A stretch of 64,000 nt of DNA, taken from NCBI GenBank assembly GCA_965197285.1, contig OZ240092.1:4869303-4933302 (forward strand), written 5' to 3'. Positions 20,606 to 31,580 of this stretch are shown piece by piece. The notes under the pieces were generated by a model, which had not been told where the DNA came from, did not search any database, and saw only the letters and a list, made by a program, of their open reading frames with translations. A program made the position numbers and the translations under genes. Origin of the DNA: Acidobacteriota bacterium. GTDB lineage: Bacteria > Acidobacteriota > UBA6911 > RPQK01 > CBDAPI01. Positions within the stretch are counted from its first letter, which is position 1. Each line of letters opens with the position of its first letter.

Positions 20606-22229
20606 TCGATCTGGAAATCGACTTCTCTTCGAACGGACTGCTGACGGATCTCGTCGCTCACCCGGAATTGGAGCGTGTATCGACCTTCAACCAGTCCACG
20701 AAAGGGAATGGTCGCGTAAACCAGCAGCCTGTCGCCGTCGAAATCCATGGGCCGGTTGATGGCAGTGAACGGGAAAACGGATTCTCCTTCATGAAAGAGA
20801 GCGATCTCCACCCGTGAAGACGGCTGCAGGGTCGTCTGATCCAGGGCCAGATTGTAGACTTCGAAGTAAGCCTCGGCGGACTGCTCGTCAGGTCGAAATC
20901 GATTGTCCGAGGCCGGAACCACCCGATATTTGCCCACAACAAAAGGGTCCCCCACCGTTTCGTCGACCCCGGGCGTGCCCAGACGCGGCGTCAGCACGAC
21001 GGTACTGGTTTCCAGTTCATCCTGGCTGGGAGGGGACACGACTACCAGCTCGTCTGCAGTCGCAACCCTGCCGGAACCCTGATCTCGAATGACCAGCGAG
21101 AGCTTGTACCGACCGGGTTCCAGGGGAAACCTCTTCTGATAAACGGCTTCGGTTCGCAGGTCTTGTGCTGCAGTCGCGCGCGGAATCCGTCTCTCGAGGT
21201 CATCTTCGAAGGTATAAGTCCTCCGGCCCGAGAGAGTCTGAACCTCACCGTAGATGCCAACCGTGGCTGTCAGTTGATCGGCCGCCTCTTTCTCGGAAGC
21301 AAAATGCAGGTCCTTGTCCTGCAGAAAGATCGTGACCGGGACCAGGGAATGGCTCTGGGAGTAGCGCATCACATCCACCCGGACACGAAGCGGCAGCTCG
21401 GAATAGCTGAGACGCGTCGTGACCATCTGCTCCAGGTCTTTGTATTTGACCGCCGGGCCCTTTTGCAGGCGGTAAAGAGTTTCCAGCCTCTGCAGAGGAT
21501 AGTCGCGGTAGCGCATCGTGCGCGCGGCCGTGTCGAAGCGGCGATAGCCTTCGGGATTTCCCATCCAGCGACTCTGGACGCGGTCGAGACGGCTCATCGT
21601 TCCCAGTTTCTCGGCCAGGGTGAGTCCGGCTCCGGGGATGTGGAAAAGGGCGTCCTTTTGCTCCGGATCCAGGGCGATCCGATACTCGTTGGTGCGGGAG
21701 GCGTCGACGAATTCGATTTCAATCCCCGGCCCGACTCCCTCCAGATGGCGATAAAACCAAACCTCGAAGGGGTAGGTGTAGGTGCGGCCTCCACCTTCTT
21801 CGAACTTGCGCTGATAGGTTCCGCCCTCCGGGTGCTTCTCGATTCCGTCGGGGGGGCCGAAGAGGATGTAGATCATCCCCCGGTCGGTTCTCCAGCCCTC
21901 GATGCCGGAATGGTATTTATCGTTGGCGTAAGCGATGCGGCGATAGTGCTCCTCCTTGAACTCGTTGACGGCGGTCCGGGGGTCGAGATCGCGCCGGAAC
22001 CAGAACTGCTCGATAAACTGGTCTTTTTCCCGCTGGTCGAAAGGTTGTCAAAGACCTCTCTCTCCTCCGCCGAGATGATGTAGAGCACATCCGTTTCGAG
22101 CCACTGCCGGAAGTAGTCGTCAACCTCTTCGGCTCGTTGTTGACGGCTCTGGCCGTCCGCCGGAAGGAAGGATATGAGGAACACCAGAAAAAGACTGAAA
22201 GTCTGAAGCCGGTTCGCGGGAGCGGTCAC
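20602..22229 (-). pseudogene. GWxTD domain-containing protein with one frameshift near 22030 (real lesion or sequencing error)
   Basis: 5' frame ...WLETDVLYIISAEEREVFDNLSTS; after a -1 shift at GGGAAAAAG it continues KDQFIEQFWFRRD...EEHYRRIAYAN...GWRTDRGMIYILFGPPD. Confidence 0.85.
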
Positions 22230-22259
22230 GACCTCGAATTATACCTCTTACGATGAGTG

Positions 22260-22286
22260 CCGGGGGCCTCCGGAAGAGGTCCCCGG
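22260..22286 (-). terminator. Hairpin downstream of the TonB-dependent receptor gene
   Basis: CCGGGGGCCTC-cggaa-GAGGTCCCCGG stem about 28 nt past the stop; weak U-tract. Confidence 0.45.
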
Positions 22287-22313
22287 AAGCTGCGGATGAA
22301 GAGCCCGCGCGGC

Positions 22314-25300
22314 CTAGAAGGTGAACTTCAGCGAAAACTGGATGATGCGGGCGAAGGTGTTCGTGTCCGACAGTCGACCAAAGTTCGGGAAAGCGATATC
22401 GAGTGTAGTGCTCGTTTGGGTGTCGGAAATGCCTGTGTTGAAATTGGTGGTATTCGTCAGGTTGAAGAATTCCCCCCGAAGCTCAACGGCCGTTTCTTCC
22501 GTCACCGGGAACTTCTTGATAACGCCCAGGTCCCAGGTGAACTGACGGGGTCCGTTGAATCCGAAGCGGGGCAGGCCGCCCAGCTCGCCCGCGGCGGGGT
22601 GAAACACTCTCCCATCGTCAGCCGCTGCCGACGGGAAGAAGAAAGGGCCGTCCTCATCGCTTCGCACACCGATCAAGTCGCGGATGCCGTTGTTGTTCAG
22701 GGTCGAGCTGGCCCGGTTGCGCCCCAGGCTGCGTCCGAACCGATTCACCGTGCCGCGGTTCGAATACAGGCTGAACGGCTCCCCACTTCGAACGTTGAAA
22801 ATTGAAGTGGCTTGCCATCCCCCGGCGATCTGATTCAACACCGAATTGGCAATGTTCCAACGCCGGCCCTGGCCGAAGGGCAGCTCCCAGATGAAACTAG
22901 CGTTGAAGACATGGGTCACATCGAAAGCCGTGCGGCCCCGGTCGTAGCCCCGGTTCAGGATATCCAGGCTTGGCTCAAAGTTGGCCTGGTTGTTGGTGAC
23001 CTGATTGGCCAGTGATTTGCCGAAGGTGTAGTTGGCATTGAACATGAGCCCGGCCGAAAAGCGCCGTCTTGCTTCCACCTGGAAGGAGTGGTAGACGGAG
23101 TCTCCTCCGTTGCCGGTGGCGTCACCAACCAGCACCTCGAGATTGGGGTGGCACTGGACGTTGCCGCAGATAAAGTTGCCACCGTAAATGTCGGAGAGCA
23201 ATAAGCCGGCCTCTCCGGTTCGAATGAAATCCTGGATGAAGGGGATAAAGAGGAAGCCTCCGCCCACGAGCTGATCGAAGACGGGGAGCTCCTGGCTGCC
23301 CGGAAGATCCGGATTGTAGCTGGGATCGTAGCCGAAGCCGGCCGCCTCGGCGATTTCTCCATTGCTCTGGGCCCGCAGGACATCGGGCAGGAACCCGGTA
23401 CCCCGGATGTCCACCTGGTTGAAGTCGGTGGCCCGGATCAGCTTGGTGCCTTTGCTCCCTGCCCAGCGGACTTCCAGAGCCGTGTTCCAACCAATCTCGC
23501 GGGTGATGCCGACCTGGAAAGTCTGAGCGTACGGGTTGACCAGGTTCGGGTCCACTACGAAGGCTGCCGGACGGCTCTCGACGAAGAATTGCGAGGCCGG
23601 GTTGTTGATCTCGGGCCAGGTCAGCGGAAGCTTGAACGTGGGCACTGGAATGCTGGGCCGGTTGCTGATCGTATCGGTCAGGTTGATGAGATTGACGAAG
23701 GAGGTCACACCGTACCGGTTCAACGCGTTTTCGAGTGCGACGACCATCTGGTCGTTGGCGTAGGCAACCCCGTAGCCGGCCCGCAGAGCCGTCTTACCGT
23801 CGCCAAAGACATCCCAGGCGATTCCGATGTTGGGGGCGAAGTTGTTCAGGTCGTTCTTGGTGACGTCCCCGTCCAGCCAGTCGACTACGTTGGTTGGGTC
23901 CAGCACAGCGCTGACGACATCGTCGCCGCTGATGACGGGCTGCGTGATCAGATTGTCCCGCTCGCGGATGTTGCGGTACCACTCCCAGCGTACGCCGCCG
24001 TTCAAGGTCACCCGGGGGTTGATGCGCCAGGAGTCGCCGAAATAAAAGGCATAGATGTCGTTTTCCCAGTTAAAGGCCTCTTCGGCTGCCATGAAAGCGG
24101 GATCGTTGCGGCTGCGAACGTGAAACTCTCCGGTCGCGTCGTTGAGCACGCCGGCCAGGTCGGCGAGGATGTTGGTGGCCCGGTCAGCGCTGATGGAGGT
24201 GGTGCCTCCCGGAAACTCACTGGTACCGAGCTCAAATCCATTGGCAAGATTGGCACCAATCTCATAGGTGGGAGTCACGTTGAATCCGGCGAATGTGAAA
24301 TTGCGGATGTTCTGCGCCTGGAAACCGAACCGAAAGGAGTGACTCCCGCTAGTCCAGGTGGCGTTGTCGGCATAATTCCACGTGTCGGTGTCGCGACCCT
24401 GCCTTTCGAGGGTACCGTCCCCCTCCGGGTCCGTGTAACTGGCCGCGATGATCTTGAAGCCTCGCTCGCGAAGGAAATCCCGATCATCGGCGAAAAGGAC
24501 ACCCGAAAAATGGGCGCCGAACCGAACTTCGTTGACGAAGTTAGGGCTGGCCGTCCAGTGCCAGGCCGTGGAAAAGAAGTCGGGCGTCGAGACGGTCCGG
24601 CCGAAAGTTTCCTGGAACCCGGCAAGAAAATCGGGACGGTCGACCTTCAGGTCGTTGTGGCGATAGATCCCCTCGAAAGAGTGCGCCTCGCTGTGGAAGA
24701 AATCGAGTCGAAAGCCGAACTGATCGCGGTCTTCGCTGTTGGAAAGATTGTATCGATAACCCAGTGTGTTCAAGCCGTCGCCTGTGGTGGAGTCGTTACC
24801 CAAAGGCGTCTGTGTGATCTGTGAGGCCATGAAGGTATCGGCGGTTGCCCCGCGCATCGGAAGCAGCTCAATTTCCCGCAGTCCGCTGCCGTCCAGGGCT
24901 TCATACTGGAAAATCCCCTGGCGAGCCTCTTGGCTGAGCACGGTAGCCAGTAGGCTGGCCTGTGAGCTCTGTCGAAACCCCTCGTAGTTGCCATACCAGA
25001 ACAGCTTGTCCTTGATCAGCGGCCCGCTGGCGGCCACGCCAAACTGGTTTCGCAGCAGGAAGGGCTTGTCGACGTCCGCCAAGTTGTTGAAGAACTCGTT
25101 GGCCTTGGTGGCGTTGTTACGATGCACCCAGTACACCTCACCATTGAGGGAATTGGTGCCGGAAGGGGTGACGAAGCTGACCTGTGAAGCACCCGCTCCG
25201 GAAACCGAGCCCTGGTTGATGGTGGAAATGGTGAACTCGCTGACCATGCTTTGCGTCAGCCGGGCGGGCGAAAAGGTGGTGCCGTTTTCACGCAGGAAGT

Positions 25301-25759
25301 TATCCTGGATGTTAACCCCGTCCAAAGTCACGTTGGTGTAGGTGGGCCTTAGACCGGAGATGCTGGTCGGCGTGTTGCCGTTGTTGGCGGTTCCCGCCTG
25401 CAGGGTAATCAGGTTCAGGGGATTTCGAGCCTGCAAGGGCAAATCTTGGATCTGCCGTGTCTGCACGGTCGTGGAGACGGAGGCGTCCGAGGTGTTCACC
25501 AGGTCGACACCGGCCGCAACCGTGACGATCGAGGTCAGCTCACCGACGTCCAGCGTCACGTTGAGCGAGTGTTCCCCGCCCACATTCACCTTGACATCGC
25601 GGGCCACGTAAGTCTGGAAGCCCATCATGGCCACCCGAACCTCGTAGAAGGCAGGAATCAACTGGGTCAGACGAAACGTTCCCACGTCACTGGTGATCAG
25701 CGCCTGAGAAGCATTCGTGCCCTGATTCGTAATGGTAACGTCGGCTCCGGGAACGGCCG
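22314..25759 (-). pseudogene. Oar-like TonB-dependent receptor, main 3' part, interrupted by an IS3 element
   Basis: AVPGADVTITN carboxypeptidase-regulatory-like domain, LPLQARN plug, RNQFG...GP barrel start, C-terminal RIIQFSLKFTF; signal peptide lies at 31460-31580. Confidence 0.92.
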
Positions 25760-25826
25760 TGACCTTGCCCCCTAAAACGGGTCCAAGTTGAATGTTAGGA
25801 TTTTCGGTTTTAGGAAGGAGGCAAGG

Positions 25827-26105
25827 ATGGCACGGAAGCGGTTTACGGCAGAACAAATCATCATGAAGCTGCGTGAGGCAGAGGCAGGTCTAGCCCAAGG
25901 ACAGACGGTGGGCCAGGTGTGCAAACAGATTGGGGTGACCGAGCAGACCTACTACCGGTGGCGCAAGGAGTACGGAGGGCTTCGACTGAATCAGGCCAAG
26001 CGGTTGAAGGTGTTGGAGAAGGAGAATGCCCGGTTGAAGAAGCTAGTGGCAGATCTGTCTTTGGACAAGCAGATCCTAAAGGAAGTTTCCTCGGGAAACT
26101 TCTAG
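25827..26105 (+). CDS. IS3-family transposase OrfA
   Basis: MARKRFTAEQII...EQTYYRWRKEYGG...LEKENARLKKLVADL; -1 slippery heptamer G GGA AAC at 26093-26099. Confidence 0.93.
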   Translation: MARKRFTAEQIIMKLREAEAGLAQGQTVGQVCKQIGVTEQTYYRWRKEYGGLRLNQAKRLKVLEKENARLKKLVADLSLDKQILKEVSSGNF

Positions 26106-26545
26106 GCCCGACGAAGAGGAGACGCGCAGTGGTGTGGGTGAGGGAGAGATTGGGAGCAGAGCGCGTCTCCGAACGTCGGGCCTGCCAAGTGCTGGGACAG
26201 GCTCGATCGACCCAGCGAAGGGAAAGGCATATCCCCGATGATGAGGCTCGATTGGTGGCTGAGATGGTGGAGTTGGCCACGCACTACGGGCGATACGGCT
26301 ACCGACGGATCACGGCCATGCTTCGTTGGGAAGGGTGGAAAGTGAATCACAAGCGGGTGGAGAGGTTGTGGAGACAGGAGGGGCTGAAAGTCCCGTCCAG
26401 ACAGCCGAAACGAAGGAGACTGTGGCTTCATGATGGATCCTGCGTTCGGTTACGAGCGGCTCACAAGGATCACGTCTGGAGCTATGACTTCGTGCATGAG
26501 CGAACCCATGACGGAAGGGCCTTTCGATTATTAACCCTACTGGAT
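26099..26545 (+). pseudogene. IS3-family OrfB, 5' part (interrupted by IS21)
   Basis: SERRACQVLG, YGYRRI, VNHKRVERLWRQEGL, VWSYDF...RLLTLLD. Confidence 0.9.
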
Positions 26546-26624
26546 TGATTGGCGACAGTTAGAATTCCCCGCGACGACAAATAGAAATCCCCGCTTTTTC
26601 AGGGCTGATCCTGACCATGAGGAC

Positions 26625-28097
26625 ATGGTTAAAGATCAGCAAGTGCGGAGGTTAGTGAAGTTGCGAAAGAACGAGAAGACGCTAACGATGGCGGCGGCGA
26701 GAGCGGGGCTGTCGCGAAAGACGGCTCGGAAGTACCTGAAGTCGGGAAAGCTGCCGAGCCAGTGTCAGCCGGAGCGGTATTGGAGAACTCGATCGGATCC
26801 GTTCGAGTCGGTATGGCCGGAAGTGGAAGAGATCCTGAAGCGATCGCCGACGGTGGAGGCGACAGCGGTGTTCGAGTATTTGTGCCGTCAGCAGGAAGGG
26901 GCCTTCCAGCAAGGCCAGTTGAGAACACTGCAGCGGAGGATCAAGCAGTGGAAGGTAGAACACGGAGAAGCGAAGGAGGTGATGTTCCCGCAGAAGTATA
27001 GGCCGGGACATCAAGCACAATCGGACTTTACCTTTATGGGGCGTCTGGGAGTGACGATCCAGGGTCAGCCGTTTCCCCATCTGCTGTACCATTTTGTGTT
27101 GGCCTACTCGAACTGGGAAGCGACCACGCTGTGTTTCAGTGAGTCGTTTGAGAGCCTCAGCCTGGGGCTTCAGAACGCGTTGTGGGAGTTGGGGGCGCTG
27201 CCCGAGGAACACCGAACAGACCGGCTCTCGGCGGCAGTCAACAACCTGAAGCGGGAAGAGTTCACCGAGCGCTATCAAGGGTTGCTGAACCACTTCGGGA
27301 TGCGCTCGAGTCGCACCCAGGCAGGCAAGGCACACGAGAACGGGGATGTGGAACAGGCCCATCACCGCTTGAAACGGGCCATCGAGCAGGAACTGCTGCT
27401 GCGGTGCAGCCGTGATTTTTCCAGCCGGGAAGAGTACGAGGGCTTTGTAGCGGTGATTGTGGCCCGGCGCAATGCGGCCCGACAAAAGCGCCTGGGAGAA
27501 GAGCTGGCAGTGATGCGCCCGTTGCCGGCACGCCGTCTGGATGACTTCACCCGGCAGTGGGTGAAAGTCTCCCCCAGTAGTACGATCCGGGTTCGCCACA
27601 ACACCTATTCGGTGGACAGCCGGTTGATCGGCGAGCGAGTGCAAGTGCGGGTGTGGGCGGATCAGCTGGAGGTCTACTACGGGGGTCAGCGGCAAGCACG
27701 GATGCCCCGCTTGCGAGGAGAAGGCAAGCATCGCATTGACTACCGGCACGTGATCCATTCGCTGGTGCGAAAACCGGGAGCTTTTCTTCGCTATCGCTGG
27801 CGGGAGGATCTGTTTCCGGGGATCTTGTTTCGAGTCGCCTACGACGAGCTGCGCCAGGATTGTCCGGCCACGGCGGATCGCCAATATCTGAAAATCCTCG
27901 AGTTGGCTGCCCAGGAAGGAGAGCAGCGGGTGCGAGAAGCGCTTCAGGGGCTGATTGAGAGGGGACAAAACATCCGTTTCGAAGCACTACGAGAATGCCT
28001 CGTCGATCCGGTGGTGGAACCCTGGGAAGTGGCGGTGGAGAAGATGGACGTGGGCCTCTACGACACGCTGCTGGAGAGCCGGGAGGTGAGATCATGA
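26625..28097 (+). CDS. istA: IS21 transposase IstA
   Basis: HTH, QSDFT, HRTD, ENGDVE DDE triad; YSVDSRLIG beta-domain. Confidence 0.93.
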   Translation: MVKDQQVRRLVKLRKNEKTLTMAAARAGLSRKTARKYLKSGKLPSQCQPERYWRTRSDPFESVWPEVEEILKRSPTVEATAVFEYLCRQQEGAFQQGQLRTLQRRIKQWKVEHGEAKEVMFPQKYRPGHQAQSDFTFMGRLGVTIQGQPFPHLLYHFVLAYSNWEATTLCFSESFESLSLGLQNALWELGALPEEHRTDRLSAAVNNLKREEFTERYQGLLNHFGMRSSRTQAGKAHENGDVEQAHHRLKRAIEQELLLRCSRDFSSREEYEGFVAVIVARRNAARQKRLGEELAVMRPLPARRLDDFTRQWVKVSPSSTIRVRHNTYSVDSRLIGERVQVRVWADQLEVYYGGQRQARMPRLRGEGKHRIDYRHVIHSLVRKPGAFLRYRWREDLFPGILFRVAYDELRQDCPATADRQYLKILELAAQEGEQRVREALQGLIERGQNIRFEALRECLVDPVVEPWEVAVEKMDVGLYDTLLESREVRS

Positions 28098-28858
28098 GCA
28101 CAGGCAACTTGATCCGGCTTCGCGAGTGCCTTATCCAGCTGCATCTACCGGCCTTTCGGGAGCACTACGCCGCCCAGGCGGCACTGGCCACCAAGGAAAG
28201 TCTGTCCTATCCCCGGTTTCTACTCTCGTTAAGTGAGATCGAGGTGGTGGAGCGGCACGAGCGCAAAATCCAGCGCTTGCGCCGAATCTCGAAGCTTCCC
28301 TGGGAGAAAACGCTGACGGCGTTGGACCGCTCGCGCTTGCCCCAAAGCGTGGATCGACAACTGACGGCGCTGCTGGAAGGGACGTTTTTGGATCGCGCCG
28401 AGAACGTCTTGGCTTTCGGCAACCCTGGAAGTGGCAAGACGCATCTGGTCTGTGCTCTGGGCCAGGAGTTGATTCTGCTGGGGCGCCGGGTTCTGTTCTC
28501 TACCTGCGCCCTGCTGGTACAGCGATTGCTGCGGGCCAAGATCGATCTGACCCTGGAGAAGGAGCTCAAGAAACTGGATCGCTTCGAAGCTCTCATAGTC
28601 GATGACATCGGCTACGTTCAGCAAAGTCGGGAGGAAATGGAGGTTCTTTTCACACTGCTGGCCCATCGCTACGAACGTCGCAGCATCTTGCTGACCAGCA
28701 ACCTGATCTTCTCGGACTGGGAGAGGATCTTCAAGGACCCCCTGACAACGGCAGCAGCTATCGATCGGCTGGTGCACCACAGCGTGATTCTGGAACTCAA
28801 CGTCTCGAGCTACCGAATGGAGAGCGCCAAGGCAAAGCAGCAGGGAACCACGGAATGA
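28094..28858 (+). CDS. istB: IS21 helper AAA+ ATPase IstB
   Basis: GNPGSGKT Walker A, LIVDDIGY Walker B, TSN, IDRLVHHS; ATGA overlap with istA. Confidence 0.95.
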   Translation: MSTGNLIRLRECLIQLHLPAFREHYAAQAALATKESLSYPRFLLSLSEIEVVERHERKIQRLRRISKLPWEKTLTALDRSRLPQSVDRQLTALLEGTFLDRAENVLAFGNPGSGKTHLVCALGQELILLGRRVLFSTCALLVQRLLRAKIDLTLEKELKKLDRFEALIVDDIGYVQQSREEMEVLFTLLAHRYERRSILLTSNLIFSDWERIFKDPLTTAAAIDRLVHHSVILELNVSSYRMESAKAKQQGTTE

Positions 28859-29218
28859 GGAAAACGGGAGGAGGTCAAATCCGGGCAAATCGGCTGATTG
28901 GGCCCCCGGAAGTGCTGGCTGGGGACGATAGACGAGTGCCCGCCAAGGGGAGAGATCGTACAGCTCCCTACGGAGGCCGCTCAGGATCCTCGTGGATCTG
29001 GTCCACTCCCCTCGACACCGGCGCGAGCGAGGGGGAGCTCCCTTCGGGCTACGCTCTCACTCCGTCCCCTTCGCATTCTAAGAACAATCTCTCTTTTTTA
29101 CAGAAAGGAGGACCGCGGAAAAGAGTCGTCTCAGAGGACGGCTACAGCTCTTTTTTATTTAATCCCTTTGGTGGGGATTTCCAGTTGTCGCCGCGGGAAT
29201 AATAATCGTCGTTGATCA

Positions 29219-29657
29219 CTGGATGAATACACCCGGGAGTGTCTGGCCATTGAGGTTCAACGACAGATGAATCACCAGGACGTGTTGGATCGATTGGCGG
29301 AGTTGTTCGTGGATCGGGGAGTGCCTGAATACATTCGGTCCGATAACGGGTCGGAGTTTACGGCTCAGGCGGTTCGGGACTGGCTGAAGGCTGTTGGGGT
29401 GAGGACCTTATACATCGAGCCCGGCAGCCCCTGGGAGAATGGATATGTGGAGAGCTTCAACGGAAAACTGCGGGATGAACTGCTGAACGTAGAAGTCTTC
29501 GACACGTTGTGGGAAGCGAAGGTGTTGGCCGAGAGATGGCGCAGGGAGTACAACCAGCGACGGCCTCACAGCGCCTTGGCCTATCGGCCGCCGGCGCCGG
29601 AGGCCAGATTACCCAGGTCCCAGGCCCAGAGTTCTATACCATGGAGTGGACTTCAAA
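29219..29657 (+). pseudogene. IS3-family OrfB, 3' part (integrase core)
   Basis: [48 protein letters not shown]; last codons MVPGLT* lie at 31406-31426, after the IS256. Confidence 0.9.
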
Positions 29658-29686
29658 GAGCTCTTGTCAATAGGTGTGGAAAAACA

Positions 29687-31293
29687 TCAGGCGGCTTTCT
29701 CCTCCGGGACTTGGTTGACCGGGACTCCATTGACATATTTGGCGCCCTGGTAGACGTCTTTCATCAGCTCCGGTGCCTTCAACCGGCGGAATCGCTGCTC
29801 CGCCACCAACAGCATCTTCCAGATCACCGCCTGGGCGTTTTCCACTTTCTTGAATCGCTTGGCCGCGTCCGTTCGCAGCCGAAGAGCGGCAAACGGTGAC
29901 TCCACTGGATTGGTGGTTCGCAGATGCTGCCACTGCTTCTTTGGATAGTTGTAAAAGGTCACCATCCGGTCCCAGTCCTGCTCGATTAGCTCAGCCGCCA
30001 GAGTCAGCCCTCGCTGCCGGCACCAGTGCTGAAAAACCTTCTTGAGTCGTTGTGCTTCTTCTCGAGTCTCGGCGTAAGGGATCTGCCGCAGGATCAGCAA
30101 GGCCGGCTTCGCTTAGGGTCCCACTCTGGGATGGGTGAACCCCCTCGCAGCCTTCAGGAGGCTTGGGGGTACACTGCAGGTGTTGCAGTGTATCGGCTGA
30201 TATCACTTTGTGTTCATCACCAAGTACCGCAAGCCGGCTCTGCGAGGAGAGATCGGGAAAGAGGAGCGGGACCTGACGCGAGAGATTTGCCGATCGTTGG
30301 ATATCGAGATCGTGAAGGGGCATGTGCGACGATTGTACGATGTGCCGCCGAGATTGGCGCCGAGCCGAGTGATTCAAAGGGAAAACGTCGCATCATCTAC
30401 TGCAAGATCACCGCTTCTTCTCGAGTCTCGGCGTAAGGGATCTGCCGCAGACGATCAGCAAGGCCGGCTTGTGCACTCGCCTTAGGGAGCTTGGCCAGCA
30501 GGTTGACGATCCGATGATTCCAGCAGCGCTGCTCCTCGGCCTGGGGATAGACGTTGCGCAAAGCTCCCCAGATGCCCAGGTGGCCGTCTCCGATCACCAG
30601 CCGTGGACAGCCCATCCCCCGGCGCTTCAAGTCGCGCAGTACTTCCGACCAGCTCTGAGTCGATTCCCGATAGCCGCTCGTGACCGACACCACGGCTTTG
30701 CTTCCGTCACTTAAGGCGGCCAGCACCACCAGCAGGACTGCCTTTTCCTTCTCCAGACCCGCCTTGACGTAGATTCCATCTACCCATAAATACACCACTT
30801 CCAGATCATTCAAGGGTCGACTCTGCCAGACTTCCCATTCGGCCTGCCACTTCTCTTTCAATCTGGCCACCGTGGAGGACGACAGGTGCGCCTTTTCCCC
30901 TAAAAGCCCTCTCAGAGCCAGATCAAAATCCCCCAGCGCCAGACCATGCAAGTACAGCTCAGGGATCAGTTCTCGAACCTGCCGCGTCCGCTTGGCAAAC
31001 AGGGGCAACACCCGACTTTCAAAGTGTTCCTCTAGATCCCGCACTCGAGGCCTTCGAACCTGGATCGTCCCCGAGCTCAGCGTCAGATGCCTCGGCTTCC
31101 CATATCCATTGCGATAGCCCGACGGAGCGTCCACGGCCCTTCGCCGCTCACTCTTACGCCGCCCTAATAACTCCGTGACTTCCTCCTCCAGCAGCTCTTG
31201 AACCCAGCCTTGGATCTTCTCCCGCACCCAATCTTCCAGCTCCTCGAAACAAACTCTTGACTCCACACTTTCCTCAATCTTCTGCTTGCTCAT
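29687..31293 (-). pseudogene. IS256-family transposase, interrupted at about 30110-30413
   Basis: YRNGY, RPRVR, LWVDGI, IGDG, QRCWNH in 30397-31293; LRTTNPVES in 29687-30100. Confidence 0.9.
30110..30413 (+). pseudogene. Degraded IS200/IS605 TnpA (Y1) fragment
   Basis: YHFVFITKYRKPALRGEIG...REICRSLDIEIVKGHV...PPRLAPS...KGKTS; HUH motif deleted; flanked by a direct repeat of about 56 bp of IS256 sequence. Confidence 0.75.
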
Positions 31294-31459
31294 GCGGTGT
31301 GTACTCCTTCCGTTGCGGGCCTTTCGGCCCTGGGTTTTAAATCAGCCCGGAAGGATACTCACCGCCTATGCTATTTACACACCTTCTGATGGTAGCTCAC
31401 TTCAAATGGTCCCAGGTCTAACTTAGAGAGTGGACTCGTTCCTGGGGGCAGGTCACCCG

Positions 31460-31580
31460 CACCGCTCTGATCTTTCACGGTCCCGCTCAAAGAACCGTAG
31501 TTGGCCTGAGAGAGAAGCGGCGAGACAAGAAGCGCCGCGAGAGTGATGGACACAGCTAAGAGTCTTGGATTGCTTTTCAT
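31460..31580 (-). pseudogene. TonB-dependent receptor, 5' part (signal peptide)
   Basis: MKSNPRLLAVSITLAALLVSPLLSQANYGSLSGTVKDQSG joins in frame to AAVPGADVT when 25760-31459 is removed. Confidence 0.9.

Larger units (their letters stand above)
26546..29218 (+). mobile_element. IS21-family element (2673 bp)
   Basis: TG...CA ends TGATTGGCGACAGTTAGAATTCCCC / TGATCAACGACGATTATTATTCCC with internal repeats; 6-bp TSD CTGGAT at 26540-26545 and 29219-29224. Confidence 0.95.
29658..31398 (-). mobile_element. IS256-family element
   Basis: Imperfect IRs GAGCTCTTGTCAATAGGTGTGGAAA / GAGCTACCATCAGAAGGTGTGTAAA; 8-bp TSD ACTTCAAA at 29650-29657 and 31399-31406. Confidence 0.92.
25760..31455 (+). mobile_element. 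IS3-family (IS407-group-like) element, 1268 bp once nested elements are removed
   Basis: IRL TGACCTTGCCCCCTAAAACGGGTCCA; IRR (reverse complement) TGACCTGCCCCCAGGAACGAGTCCA; flanks GCCG/CCCG form an imperfect 4-bp TSD. Confidence 0.93.

Noticed and set aside
25760-25856. N-terminus (MFCRKPLP...) of the 1180-aa receptor ORF
   Set aside because: It is read from the IS3 left end; the true signal peptide is at 31460-31580
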